From NCBI GenBank assembly GCA_964016885.1, contig OZ024752.1:26846001-26910000 (forward strand): DNA of 64,000 bases. The letters run 5' to 3'. Each line of letters starts with the position of its first letter. Positions within the stretch are counted from its first letter, which is position 1. The notes under the pieces were generated by a model. It searched no databases. It saw only the letters and a program-made list of their open reading frames with translations, and was not told where the DNA came from. Shown here one piece after another: positions 1-14,859 of the stretch. This DNA is from Eledone cirrhosa (Eukaryota). Made by a program: the position numbers and the translations under genes.

Positions 1-127
1 TGTCACTGAGTGTCCAGGTTTTCTTTTTTCAGACTCTCCAGAATTCCCTAGTCTATCCATCATAACGAAAGGCAACCGGAAGAAGTGATAGCATAGGCCG
101 CTGACTTATGATTGGTCGAAATAATAA

Positions 128-312
128 TAATTGTTTCTACTTTAGGCACAAGGCCAGCAATTACCCAGTGCATTACTGGTACTTTATTTTATCGACCTCG
201 TAAGGATGAAAGGCTATGTCAACCTCGGTGGGATTTGAACTCAGATCGTAAAGGGACGTAACTATGCTTCAAAGCATGGCGTCCGACTCTCTACCGATAC
301 TGCCAATCTACC
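128..312 (-). mobile_element. tRNA-derived SINE family A (~185 bp)
   Basis: Box A tggcagtatcggtag, box B gagttcaaatc, central gcctttcatcctt...gtcgataaaataaagtaccag (Meta-domain-like, from memory); TSD ggtcgaaataataataat. Confidence 0.9.
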
Positions 313-369
313 GGTCGAAATAATAATAATGCTGGTGAGTGGGAGGGGTATGGGGTAGTTAGCGAAAAG

Positions 370-511
370 GTTTAAATAAAATCCTCGAAATTTGGGTATA
401 ATTGGACAAGCATATAACAGTAATAAGCGAATAATATTTAGTTTAAATAAAATCCTCGAAATGTGGGTATAATTGGACAAGCACATAACAGTAATAAGCG
501 AATAATATTTA
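370..511. repeat. ~72-bp tandem duplication
   Basis: gtttaaataaaatcctcgaaat...gcgaataatatttag occurs twice. Confidence 0.85.
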
Positions 512-1469
512 GAACAACTTGACAGAATTATAGAATAGCATTGAGATGGACCGGGAAATGGAGAGACAAAAAAAGAAAATTGCATTTTACATTATATTTC
601 ACAGGAGAACGAACAGTGTGACCATTAATAAGATTTGACAAATTCTGAGATTCGTACCTCGTAACAGGTTTATTTTATATTTGGTGAGAGAAGGGGGGGG
701 GGGGTAGTAAAGATTAGGAGGGACAAGGAGGCCATTTTATAAATCCTAGGATTTTCGGCCAAAATTAAATGAACGGGATCGAGATTGTTATTTTAGAAAA
801 ACAAACGAGGAGATATGTGGATTATATTTCCAAGTGTATTTTAATCAGCTCTTAATGTAAGATTATTACAGTGCATTTGAGTGATGTCTAGTTACAATGA
901 TGCATGCATGGTCTCATAACACATAAGGGAGTCATAGGAATGCTGTATTGACATACCGAGCGGGATTTGTCGTGTCGCCATACCGACATATTGCATTTCT
1001 AGGGCATTTTAAAATCTGGCGGAGCCTATCTCCTTTCCAGGTCTGAATACAATAGATTTCTTCCAGAGAAAATTAGATAGTGAGGGAATGGAAGTGAGAA
1101 AGTGATATAGAGGAAAAACTGACACTTTTTAAATTTTGATATAATTCCTAACAAAATAGCAACACTATAGTGTAAAAATCCTTTCTTGCTAATTCTGGGT
1201 TATTGATGCAATATATATATAATTCTTTCTTCATTTGGCACATGGCCAGAACTTTGATGAGAAAGGGAAAGTCGATTAAATCGACCCCAGTGCATTACAG
1301 GTGCTTTCTTTTATCGACCCCCTATAAGGATAAAAGTTAAAGCTAACCTTGCCGGTATTTGAGCTCAGAACGAAAAGAGGCGTAATTCTATGGCTCAAAC
1401 CATGTTGTCCGATGGTCTACCGATACTAGCAATCCACCATCCCTTGTGCAATATCTATATCTATATCTA

Positions 1470-1775
1470 GGCAATGCTCTGGTGTATCCATTGTATCTCG
1501 GTGTCTCCATTGAATTGAAGTGTGGAAAGGTTTGCTTGAGCAAATCTGTTCTCAGGAGCCAGAGTCGCAGCCATGTTCAAAGAGAACAAGTGAACTATGA
1601 TCTCCACGGTGTTGTGAAGGTTCACAGGCAACTTGAGACAAGACCTGAGGCCAGGGAGATCCATAGTTGTTGTCAATGTGTGAAGGAGTGCAAGTCTCTA
1701 GCTGGCTTGAAAAGCGTCACACATCTGAATCTGACAAGCGATTGCAATACTCTTAGTAGAGTTTTCAGCCATCAT
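1470..1775 (+). mobile_element. RTE LINE 3' fragment (zinc-finger tail)
   Basis: CGKVCLSKS..., CCQCVKECKSLAGLKS; 3' end gcagccatcat-type, shared with the 32266 element. Confidence 0.75.
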
Positions 1776-1780
1776 CTATA

Positions 1781-3314
<1,534 letters not shown>

Positions 3315-3436
3315 TATATAATAGAAAAACTTGTAATATCATATAGTAGTTTGTAAATTAACATTCAAATCTTAATTACATATGAAAAGTAATATTTTAA
3401 AAACATTCGTTCAATACTAACATAACAATGACTTAC

Positions 3437-3530
3437 CTCTTTGGCGGGTACATGCGCAGTTAGCCCCAGATAAAAGACAACGCTTAATATAAACATGAAG
3501 CGTGTCCCCATTTTCTTGGTGCTTCTATAA
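3437..3530 (-). other. Possible first exon/promoter of a second minus-strand gene (ATG TAC CCG CCA AAG AG|gtaagt)
   Basis: Consensus AG|GTAAGT donor at 3437/3436; ACTGCGCATG (NRF1-like) overlapping the ATG; short non-repeat island. No partner exon found; upstream boundary approximate. Confidence 0.3.
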
Positions 3531-3805
3531 ATTTCGTGTGTTTACTGGCTGCTAAGAATGCAATCGCTGTAGTTAACATTAAGTTTACATACATATATAT
3601 GAAAGAATTACGAAAGAGAATACAGAATGTTAGATGTTTATACAATAAGCAGCTACGTACGTTTCGCCCGAAAAACACTTCTCAAGGTCATAGAATGCTA
3701 GAGTGTTCAATACAGAACCCAGTAGCAGTTTTAAGATGATAACCACATACACACGTATACACAGATTCACCGCCCATACACACACACATAGACACACACA
3801 CACAT

Positions 3806-3857
<52 letters not shown>

Positions 3858-3868
3858 CATATATATAG

Positions 3869-3901
<33 letters not shown>

Positions 3902-3929
3902 CGTATATGTGTGTGTGTGCATGTGTGTA

Positions 3930-3973
<44 letters not shown>

Positions 3974-4178
3974 TATGTATGTGTGCGTATGTGTGCATGT
4001 GTGTGCATGTGTGTGTATAAAGGAACTCACACCAATACAGACATATGCATATGCTTATAAGTATAAAAAACTACTGTGTCTAACTAAAAAGAAATTTGAT
4101 AACGTCTGCATGTTAATTGTCCCTAGATCAACTATATCTACGACGTTTATGTAAACAGTATGAAATATGTATATATTA

Positions 4179-4325
4179 CCGTATTTCCTGCACCGGAAAC
4201 GCTTCGTCCTCGAGGACGCGCCCTAATTTTGACAACCAAAAATTTGAAAAAATATAATAAACAACCTTCGGCTCTCAGGACTTATTTTAGGAAAAAAGTA
4301 GCGTTTACGACGCCTGGAAATACGA
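4179..4325. mobile_element. Tc/pogo-type MITE
   Basis: TA-ccgtatttcc...ggaaatacga-TA with an inner aaacgc/gcgttt match. Confidence 0.6.
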
Positions 4326-4433
4326 TACATATATATATATAAATAAATGAAAAAAGAGTTAGTTGATTTGTAATCAACCGACTCTTATAATGACAGATGC
4401 CAATCACTCAACGATATATATTTATCCGGAGTA

Positions 4434-4690
4434 TAATAATTGTTTCTACTATTAGCACAAGGCCAGCAATTACTCAGTACATTACTGGTACTTTATTTTA
4501 TCGACCCCGTAAAGATGAAAGGCAAAGTTAACCTCGGCGCGATTTGAACTCAGAATGGTAAGGGGCGTAACTCTATGCGTCAAAGCATAGTGACCGACCC
4601 TCTACCGATATAATAATTGTTTCTACTTTTGGCACAAGGTACGTTACTGGTACTTTATTTTATCGACCCCGTAAGGATGAAAGGTAAAGA
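4434..4690 (-). mobile_element. SINE A, two adjacent partial copies
   Basis: Matches family A. Confidence 0.85.
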
Positions 4691-5195
4691 AAGATATATA
4701 CTTTATATCATCTCTATTCATTTCATTATATGTATTCGAAGATGCAAAGTTTTATGTATAACATAAACCAGAACATGTCCTCTTCAGATAAAATATATAT
4801 GAGATGTATAATTTTTCATGATATGCTGGTAGCCAAACAATATGAAAAGAAAACGTGCTAATAGAAAAACAATTTGGTTCTCCCCACTCCCTTCTCACTC
4901 AAGAATCAATATCCTGAGAAGCTTACGTAATAGCGCTTGTCTAAATTCAAGAAATGAACTTTTTTACGTTGTCCACACGTCTGGAAACTCCTATTAAATA
5001 ATTACAAAGATCCAGATTGACTAACATGAACGATCTATAATATTCTGAATAACATGAATAATTTATTCAGAGCATCCACAGTTATCTCCCTTACATCGAT
5101 CTATTGTGGGTTTACCTTTTCCGGGGGAAGTGACTGTTTCTGCACATGTGTATTCGTACAGTAGTTTTTCCTTTTCCGTACAATCTCATTTAAAC

Positions 5196-5234
5196 CGAGC
5201 TGATGATCCGAATAAGGTGAAACAATTGTTCTCG
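5196..5234 (+). ncRNA. Minimal type I hammerhead motif
   Basis: cgag-CTGATGA-tccgaataaggt-GAAA-caattg-TT-ctcg: canonical core, 4-bp stem I, palindromic stem III, weak stem II. Confidence 0.7.
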
Positions 5235-5380
5235 CTAATGTTGAACTAACTGTTGTGGAACTACTGCGACTAAACTCGTCCCATGGACTGAGTGCTTACT
5301 ACAACCCACCAATGTTTTACTATTATATATATATATATATAAGTTTTGCGAGGTTTTTGATATGAAATCGTGTGTCGAAA

Positions 5381-5415
<35 letters not shown>

Positions 5416-5736
5416 ACAGACTAAATAAAGATGGCGTAGGCATACAATACAACAGGAGGAAACATAATAACACCACTGACGATGTTGCAGATGTGCAACG
5501 AAAGAACTTTGTTAGACTATATATATGTGTTTGTGTCTATATTGTATCTGTATTATTGACCGTTGGTCAGTCAATGGTAACATTGAGGACCGAATAAATT
5601 AAATTAACTGATATAAAAGATACAGATGCGAAAGCCAACCAAACAGTGAATGTGTTCTGTTATTAATTCTGGCAATATTATTACACAAATATGACCCTCC
5701 CCAAGTCTAACAATATATATATATGTATATATATAT

Positions 5737-6580
5737 ATGATTTTACATTCATTTAAATTTATTAATTTATTGATATTTTTTATCTGAGTGTCCCGAATCT
5801 TCTGTTATCGATTCTTTATCGTGCGGTTGATTTTAGACTTGTTCTATGTGTGACGGTATTTTAACGATAGTTATAGCTCTGATTTATCTGATTTATTGAG
5901 CCCTCTGCCGCTCATTTCGAATTTTGTTTATCGTGAACTCGTGCGCTGATTTTTCGATACTCGATCATTCTAATATTTTTAGCTCTGGACATAGCTATCC
6001 ACCAGTTAATTTTATTGTTCATTTTTTGTCGATTCTATTGAGTGATGAATAGCTCCTGTTTTATTTTAACATGTCTATTGAGCACTTTTATTCGATATGT
6101 GTATTTCCACATTTTTTCGAATAGTTTTCGCGGATGTAGAGGTTATCTCCCTTGCCGAATTCCATGTGCGTATTCTGCCTGGGTTTTAGCCATCTTATCC
6201 GTTCGGACGTAAGCTCGTTGAAGAAGTAAATTTCCAGTCCGCTGAATTCTAGAAGTCTTATATATTTATATGTGAGCTGATAGAGTACAGTTTAAGGATT
6301 TACAGAAACCCAAGAAGCTAGATTTAACACCTTTCTAGTGGGTCCGGGTATGATTTTACATTCATTTAAATTTATTAATTTATTGATATTTTTTATCTGA
6401 GTGTCCCGAATCTTCTGTTATCGATTCTTTATCGTGCGGTTGATTTTAGACTTGTTCTATGTGTGACGGTATTTTAACGATAGTTATAGCTCTGATTTAT
6501 CTGAATTATTGTGCCCTCTGCCGCTCATTTCGAATTTTGTTTATCGTGAACTCGTGCGCCGATTTTTCGATACTCGATCA

Positions 6581-6588
<8 letters not shown>
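5737..6588. repeat. ~240-bp direct repeat (5737-5975 and 6350-6588) bracketed by (TA)n
   Basis: Near-identical blocks starting tatgattttacattcatttaaattt. Confidence 0.85.
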
Positions 6589-6643
<55 letters not shown>

Positions 6644-6867
6644 ATATAATATAATATAATATAATATAATATAATATAATATAGTGTTGACCAAACAGGT
6701 GACGATCGGTCACCGGCATGGCACAGCTTCAAATCAGGCCGTTTGTTTACAATGAATCGAACATTATTCTTAATGTTTGATATAACCCATACGTACAAAT
6801 GTATATGTATATATGTGTGTATGCATATATATATATATTGGTGTATACGTGTGCATACTTACACACG

Positions 6868-6973
<106 letters not shown>

Positions 6974-7639
6974 CAGAAGAGATTGTGTTGTTAAAAACAG
7001 GTGTAAGCAGGAGAAAGCTCTCAACAATCGTAGTTTTTAGTTACGATGGAGATTGTTTATAAAAATAACAAAATAAGATGCTGAGGTTACATAAATTGTT
7101 TAATCATTATAATTATTTCCACGGTTCTCCATGCAATCGAGATGTCCTTCATGCATTTGTTGTTGTTATGAGAACGGTATCCTCAGATGATAACCGATAT
7201 ATTTGATACATCACTGGCAGGAAAAAACACACGCCCTTTTGCTCGTGTGCCCAGCAGACTTATACGTTCCTTGAAGGGTTTGCCAGCTGTTGCGTTTGCT
7301 AGAAAAAGCTAACTATGAAAAAACGAAAAAGCTGTGTGTAGCCAAAGCTGAGCAAATGAGTTCGGCCTTTCAATGTCACTTCATCCATAGAAATGTCCAG
7401 TATTGTCAGTCGAGGGAGGTGGCACTGCTGAGAAAGTATCCGAACAAGAGGGATCATATAGATGACGTCTGACCCATAGCTCTACTAAACAAGATTTCGG
7501 TCAAGGTTTTGACAGAGAAATTGGTACTTGTCTGTCTTCATAGATATATTCCAGAGACGGGTTATTTTGTCATTCTCTGATACGTTTTCTGGTGTGTGCC
7601 AGTACAGCGTCTTTTCTGTTAGAATTTCATGATGCAAGC

Positions 7640-8300
7640 ATATCTTCTAGTGTATGTAAGCCTAAACTCTGTCATGTGTGTGAATATATACTTTTTTGAT
7701 TAAGACTGGGTGGCCAGAGACAATCTCCACATATTCTGTATTTACTAAATTTATTGTGTCTCATCATCTGTTTTGATGGTTTCTGGTAGGAAAACCTTTG
7801 GAGTGCCGCAGTTAAAAGTCCTTCAGTAACAACTATGAGTCCAGCACTTAGTCGGTGTTGTGAAGTTGCTTTATCTATGTCCTTCCAGTTCAGTCTTTTC
7901 GCGTATGGGCCATATAGAGGTTTTATTATCATAATTTTATCATGGCATTCTGAAGATTTAGATGTTTAGCTTAGATTTTAACATTTTCACAAGATTTAGT
8001 ATTGTTTCCTTTTCTTTTCATTTTCTTTGTATAACTCTTTCAATTTCCTTTCTGATCTGAATTGTGATTCGTAATTCTTTGTATTAACTCCCCATTATTT
8101 TTTACTTGGCATTTCTGTAGCTCAACAGTGACTATTCTATAATAGTCATTTAGTTGCATAAGGTCCTTACAAACCTGTAGATAATTATAAAGCTAGTATC
8201 ATCAAGATATTTAGCGAGTTGAGAGTATATTTAGCTTCCCGAATGGAGGGTTTCTTGTCATTACTATAAGCTCTTCTTACGCTTTCTACTTTTCTACTTT
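7640..8300 (-). mobile_element. Degenerate R4/Dong-like non-LTR fragment
   Basis: LYGPY...TEGLLTAA...YRICG resembles the ETEG..AAQ / CRxC region. Confidence 0.5.
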
Positions 8301-8420
8301 TCTACGATTAATACATACCAATACATTGGTTTTATTTTTTGTTATTGCTTAGCTTCAAGTAAATCCTGATAAACTGAGTTATAGTCATAAATATTTTACA
8401 CCTAATAGTCTTTTTAGACA

Positions 8421-9373
8421 TGTAACGGAATTCTCCTATAAATTTACCGGCGAAGATTCGAAAGCGAATCTAAGACTTCTCGCCTCTGGGACCACCTATT
8501 GTTAGGAGTTTCCCACGATTGTCCTGTCAAGAAAAAGTATGATAAACGTACATACCACTTGACCTGTGACCCCAGCTTGTAGACAAAGGAAACTCAGATG
8601 GCTACTCATAAATCAACCCATATACATCCTTCTAGCTATAGGGTTATTATAAATACAATTACTTAGGGAATCCACCAGAGAGACCCCGAAGCAGCAAGCA
8701 GTCCGTGAGAGATAACGATGTAGACATCAGCAGACCTTTTACTCTTTCTCTGTCCTGGCCTTACTGGCTCTCACCTTCTCGGCCACAGACTACATCAGCA
8801 GACCTTTTACTCTTTCTCTCTCATGGCCTCAGGCAATCACATTTCACACCAGCTCGGAAAAATCGACCAACTCCAGGACAGACAAACATAAACACATACG
8901 CAGTAGGTTAACTTATATTTTTTTCACTAATCTTTCGTATTCATGTTATTTCACGTCTATTATATCGTTGTATAAGAGCGGTGAATTGGCAGTATCGGTA
9001 GAGAATCGGACGCCATGCTTTCCAGCATAGTTACGTCTCTTTACGGTCTGAGTTCAAATCCCGCCGAGGTTAACTTTGCCTTTCATCCTTACGGGGTCGA
9101 TAAAATAAAGTACCAGTAATGTACTGGGCAATTGCTGACCTTGCGCCAAAAGTAGAAACAATTATATCGTTGTATTGATATATGCATACACGCTAGCTCG
9201 AAGTAGCTAGTCAACAAATAATGTAGGGATAATTGCTGCCACAAGTTTATTACCCGATACACAATGTACCAAGAAGTGAATATTGTTATTGTAAAATAAA
9301 CATTGTCAACATCAAAATTCTGGCATTATTCTTTTTATCATTCATCTCGAAAGGAATACATTTATCCGCTACA
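8421..9373 (+). mobile_element. Solo LTR (Gypsy-like, 4-bp TSD) with nested SINE
   Basis: TGTAACGGA...TCCGCTACA inverted termini; TSD gaca on both sides; AATAAA near 9295. Confidence 0.75.
8978..9163 (+). mobile_element. SINE A nested in solo LTR
   Basis: TSD attatatcgttgtat. Confidence 0.9.
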
Positions 9374-10614
9374 GACACATATGTTTTTCGCCTACACTAT
9401 GAAATATGTCCTTCGTTATTGTAAGGTATAATATCGGGGAGATTTGACTGTTGTTTTTTGCAGGTCGAGTATTAACTATTTTTTCTGATATTCCTTACTG
9501 CGTAAAAGAAAGAAACTTTTCTTTAAGCAGTGAAGAAACGTGATAATTGAAAAAGAATGACGGCGAACTTAGATAATGAAACCGAACTCGTTTTTGCATT
9601 ATTTATAGTTATGTTGGTCTGGTAAAATAGAACTTTGCATAAATAATGTTAGAGATATGGAACTATAAACAGCATGCAATATTTTGGAAAAAATACATTA
9701 TGAGAAAGTAATTTCACTGCCTTTAAATTTTCTCACTGCTCTCCAGTAACATTTATGATGCAGGTTACATTTCCTTTTGTGGTGTTTTGTAAAATATAGG
9801 CCAAAGAACTTTATTCTCAATAACAAGGAGGAAAGAATCACACGAACAACGAAAAAAATAAATAGAAATAAAATCAAGATCAAATCTGTCGGTATTAAAA
9901 CAAGATTTCCTTATCTAGTACTAGCAGAGGTACCCGGCGTTGCCCGGTATAACTCTCAATGTAGTAGTCGTTCAAATGAACCGAAAGACTTCCGTTAAAC
10001 ACGACTATAGAAGTAACAATTTATAGGCGTTGGCCCTAAAGAGAGTCTTTGAACGTTCACTTTGAAATATCTCTGCGGCGGTGCTGCCAGCAAAGACGAA
10101 TCCGATGGTAACAATTTAAAGTTGGTGGCCCTAAAGAGAGCCTTGGATAGTTCACTCTTAAAAGTCCCAGAGGCAGAGCTGTCAGCAAAGATGACTCCAA
10201 TTAGAGGTGGTGGCCCGTAAGAATTCCTTCACACCACTTTGGTGTGTCGTATTTGCTTTCCTTGTTATTTGAGATTGCAACCTAGAAAAGCATCTAACAC
10301 TCAGTGGCCACAAAAACGGCCTTGGCAAGATTACGTTGGAATGTCAAAAAAATGTGTAAATAAGATGTAGGGAAAAGTGGATTAATTAGGTTAAAACTAC
10401 GGAACATCGACAGCAAAGCGTAATAACTACATATAAATGCGGAAAACGGAGACATTGAACATTTATAACGTATAGCAAAAGCAACCTCAGAGGCGTACGT
10501 GGTATTGTCAAAAGGACAAACATAGCACACGGATACAGCAAATGTAAGTACTTATACAAAAAAAAACACCGATTACTTGTTGGCGGATGGGTGCCTACAA
10601 AACTTCCTTATAGA

Positions 10615-13600
10615 CTATATTTTGGGTCTTCTCGCGAGTTGCAAAAGCAAATAGGTTATGTTGGCTCGAGAGCAGCCAACATATAGTTGACCATGGAAGA
10701 AGCACAGTTCTTCTAAATTAAGCCCTACGACCGTCAGCGTCTGACCCTGTGATTTGTTAATCGACATGGCAAAACTGAGCCTGAGAGGGAATTGCAGCCT
10801 TCTGAATGTGAAAGGAATGTCTTTACCGGATGGAATGAGAGGTATCCTTGGTCTGAAGACAGTATCCCCCTTATCACATCCTGTAAGTATTGTTGCCTCA
10901 ATAACATGAGGCATACCCTTTTGGACGACCAGACGCGTGCCGTTGGAAAGCCTTCGGCGTTCCAAATTCTTGAGGAGCATGACAGCGGCACCTTTCTGAA
11001 GTCGCAGCAATCGTGGTGGTAATCCGGGAGGATCTAGGGAGTTATGTCATTATGTGGGGGTAATTAACAACTTCGTCCGGATCAGCCATAGAGTCAAGGG
11101 ACTTGTAGACGTGCAGGTTTTCAGGCAAGTATAGCATGAGCTGTTCATTGATGCTTCCAACTATGTGGGTTTTCGAAGCCAATATTGCGCATTCACACAA
11201 CCACTCTTGATTTGTGTAGTTCTCTTCAAGATTAGGAAAAATAGACGTCCGTAACTTAGCAATTGACTTAACGCATCTGCAAATCCCTGTGAGGTCCGCT
11301 GCACCATCTCCGTCGAGTGGAACTTTGCCATCTCCCAACGACAAAATGGCAGCAGCAAAACCCGCTGATGTCTCATCACCTTGCAGTTGTGCTCTCATGT
11401 ATGTTGTAAGCGTCAGCTTTCTTATATAACGCCAAAATGAGGAGGCCTTAAGGCATGCACCAACCTTATCAGCCCACATACCTTTTGGGATTACAGACAG
11501 AGTCTGTCAGAAGTCCCCAGATAACAGGAAAGTGACACCTCCCATTGGTTCTTGACAGTCCCTGATGTCTCTGAGTGACCGGTCTAATGCCTCGAAAGCC
11601 GCCTTGTGGGCCATTGTGCAATCATCCCAAACAATTAGTAGGCAGCGCTTAAACACCAGTGCTTTTCCGGAAGACTTGTTGATGTTGCACGCGGGTGTCT
11701 CAGATGATACCACGTTTAGAGGAAGACTGACTGCAGAATGGGCTGTCCTGCCACCAGGCAGCAAAGTTGCTGCAATGCCAGAAGAAGCCACGGCCAATGC
11801 GATGTTTCCGTGTTGCCTCACTGCAGCGAGTAAAAGTTTGATTACAAATGTTTTGCCCGTGCCTCTAGGTGCGTCCAGGAAGAATATACCCTCTCCCCGA
11901 TTACGGATGGAATCAATGACAATGTTGTAGGCTTGTTTTTGATCCAAATCTGTCCTTTCTTTAATAAATCCATTAATTTGGATAATTTCAGGCGAAACAC
12001 TCTTGCTATGAGATCGTGCCTGTGTCTTGGTGCTTGACCGTGGAAGAGTTCGTTTATAATCTCCTTCCACTTGGGATTGAATGTAAATGTTATGAAAAGG
12101 TCGAGGCGCCCATAATGTCGTACGTAAGCCATGGCGTCCTGAGTCCTCTCGTGCATGTATCGGGGTCCTCCTGTGAACGTTGAAGGCAAAATACACACTT
12201 ACCCTGAATTGTCTGGGAATACGTCGTTGTTAGTTACATCGCGTAGATGAATGTAGCATTCAGATCGAAGTTTCTTTTGATTTAATTTAATGAACCATAA
12301 TCTGCCAGACTCCATTTTAACGGCCATATCAACAGCAAATTATTGGAAAGGGTCCCGAGAACGGTGTAGATGGTTGAATGAATTTTCCTTTACCATAAAT
12401 CGGAAAGCGTAGAAATCCATGCAAGTGACAGTTTTGCTAAGATGTGCCTCACCATTGCCTGCTGAATGTTGAGGAATGCCGAAATGGTATCCGTCCTCAC
12501 CGTTGACAAATAGCAATGGATACTGGAGTGCATCGTGAGACCTGTGTGTCTCATTGATACGCTGTAATGTACGGTCTCGGTGCTTTAGAATGATATCTCT
12601 CTTGTGCTGTTCACAACAAATAACCACAGCAATCTCATTACATGTTGATGCGTTGAACCGACCAGCGTGTTCTCCAGATGGCCTTCGGTCAGCATTTTTG
12701 ACCATACTAAAGTTTGGGTTGGTGGCTGTTTCCAAAGCGTACTTGAAACTGTGAACATAGCTGTTTTTGTCATGGAGCATTTCTTGAAGTTTTATTATGG
12801 TTTCAATGTTAGTTTCGGACGAAATAGAGTTTAGAATCTCTGCCTGCTCCTGATAGTTTTCAACGAAGTATAACTGAAGAGATTGAGGATCATTTTCTGC
12901 CAGAGGCTGAATAGACCCAACCAAGTGGTACATCTGCCCCTGGTCCTTGAAAGTTGGTATGAACCCACATTCTGACGCAAGCTTTGCTCCGAAGGATGTC
13001 ATCTGAAACGCGGAATTGTAGCGTCGGATATTACGCAGAAACTTCGATGATTCCTCCGTCGTGCCTGTCAAAAGGAGTTGCAATGTCTCTGTAGGGTCGT
13101 GAATAGGAGGTAGTCTAACTTTACCGTTTGAACAGCACATTCCATCTCTCTCCCCTGGCCACTTTTTCGTACGACAAAACTGGCAAGTAGAGGTCATTTC
13201 CCCAATTTGAATATCTGCATGGACGGCGTAGTCGGAGGAGGGGTCGTAGTTAAAGGCCTTCAACAACCATCGTAAATTGCAAGTCCTAGAAATGCCACGT
13301 AACGATGATCGCCGCTGTTCGCTTTGCAGAAGTCGGCCACATCATTGCTCTATCGTTTCAGTATTTCGTGCAGCAGCAGTGGCAGCGGCGTCCCTGCTTC
13401 GTCGAACGGCGCGTCGTCCTTCATTCTCTCGAGCACGAGGCGCGGCTGTTGCAGTGGCGTCCCTGCTTCGTCGAACGGCGCGTCGTCCTTCATCCTCTCG
13501 AGCGCGAGCAGCGGTTGTTGCAGTGGAGTCCCTGCTTCGTCGAACAGCGCGTCGTCCTTCATCCTCTCGAGCACGAGGCGCGGCTGTTGCGGTGGCGTCC

Positions 13601-13995
13601 CTGCTTCGTCGAACGGCGCGTCGTCCTTCATCCTCTCGAGCGCGAGCAGCGGTTGTTGCAGTGGAGTCCCTGCTTCGTCGAACAGCGCGTCGTCCTTCAT
13701 CCTCTCGAGCACGAGGCGCGGCTGTTGCAGTGGCGTCCCTGCTTCGTCGAACGGCGCGTCGTCCTTCATCCTCTCGAGCGCGAGCAGCAGATGTTGCAGT
13801 GGCGTCCCTTCTTCGTCGAACGGCGCGTCGTCCTTCATCCTCTCGAGCGCGAGCAGCGGTTGTTGCAGTGGAGTCCCTGCTTCGTCGAACGGCGCGTCGT
13901 CCTTCATCCTCTCGAGCGCGAGCAGCGGTTGTTGCAGTGGAGTCCCTGCTTCGTCGAACAGCGCGTCGTCCTTCATATTCTCGAGCGTGAGCAGG
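10615..13995 (-). pseudogene. RepHel (Rep N-terminal part + PIF1 helicase), disrupted
   Basis: CxxC..CC zinc motif, YNSAFQMTSFG, LQYPLLF, LPSTFTGGPRYM, DLFITFT, GTGKT, VASSGIAA, GGRTAHS, LSGDF, NGTR, RLQFPLRLSFAMSINKSQGQT, HGQLYVGCSR. Confidence 0.93.
13375..13995 (-). repeat. 69-bp GC-rich coding tandem repeat (~9 units) in the RepHel N-terminus
   Basis: 23-aa periodicity in all listed frames. The minus frame REDEGRRAVRRSRDSTATTAARA is in frame with the 13266 ORF. Confidence 0.9.
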
Positions 13996-14149
13996 GGGGG
14001 GGGGGGCACAATCGATGTACGGAAAAATAAAACAGCCTACGACGCGTAATATGACTTCAGAAACCTATGTATGAAATTTGGTGCAAATCGTTTGAAAAAT
14101 GTAGAAATGCATGCAGTTACACAGACAGACAGACATCTTCTGTGTTATA

Positions 14150-14300
14150 TATATATCTAAATCAGAGAATGTCTGTCTGTCTGTCAGCTCACTAAAACTT
14201 GAGAACCATCCAACCGATTGTTTTCAAACTTTAGACATGTAATACTTATGGTCCTGTGAGTGTTTTGAGCAAAGATTATTTCAAATTTTCCATGCCCTAG
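14150..14300 (+). mobile_element. Second Helitron-type 5' head, back-to-back with the first
   Basis: tatatatctaaatcagagaatgtctgtctgtctgtc...accgattgttttcaaacttt. No 3' end located. Confidence 0.5.
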
Positions 14301-14765
14301 GGACCGCATTAGGCGATTTAGCGTTCTCTCTATATAATTCTTAGTCTTTCTTTTTAGATAGATACATAGATATAACGTTGCGCCCTTATAATATCTGTCT
14401 GTATGTCTGCCTGTCTGCATTACGTCATTATGACGCGTTCAGTGTGTGTGTGTGAATGTATCGTAATGCAGACAGCAAGACATAGCTTTCCTTCCCCTCT
14501 TCCAGCGTCTCTCTCTCCCTCTCGCTATCCCCCTCTTGTAGTCTGTCTCTTTCTTTCACTCTCACTCTCTCTCTACGCGTCGGACAGACAGACAGACAGA
14601 GAAATTGGTGGTTATATATTATAAGGAGATGATTTGGTGTTGTAAGATTTGTTTCCTTGGCTTGCTGGTTTCAGATTTAGGCACGAGAATTGCGCAGTAA
14701 ATTATGAGGATAATGTTAACAGATGCAAGTTTCTCCACTCAATATATTTAACATTTCGAATCATA

Positions 14766-14859
<94 letters not shown>

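Larger units (their letters stand above)
9921..14155 (-). mobile_element. Helitron, internally deleted autonomous-type copy
   Basis: 3' end hairpin ccgggcaacgccggg followed by CTAG|T at 9921; 5' head with (gtct)n and gatttgcaccaaattt near 14150; Rep and Pif1 helicase fragments between. Confidence 0.92.

Noticed and set aside
3630-4154. Many long ORFs rich in YI/CV/HT/ER (also ~6.8, 14.7, 26.3, 29.7, 31.7, 44.4-45.3 and 47.2-48.9 kb)
   Set aside because: Translations of stop-free dinucleotide microsatellites, not genes.
13277-14049. Four overlapping 219-241-aa ORFs
   Set aside because: By-products of a GC-rich 69-bp repeat; the biologically plausible frame is the unlisted one continuous with Rep.
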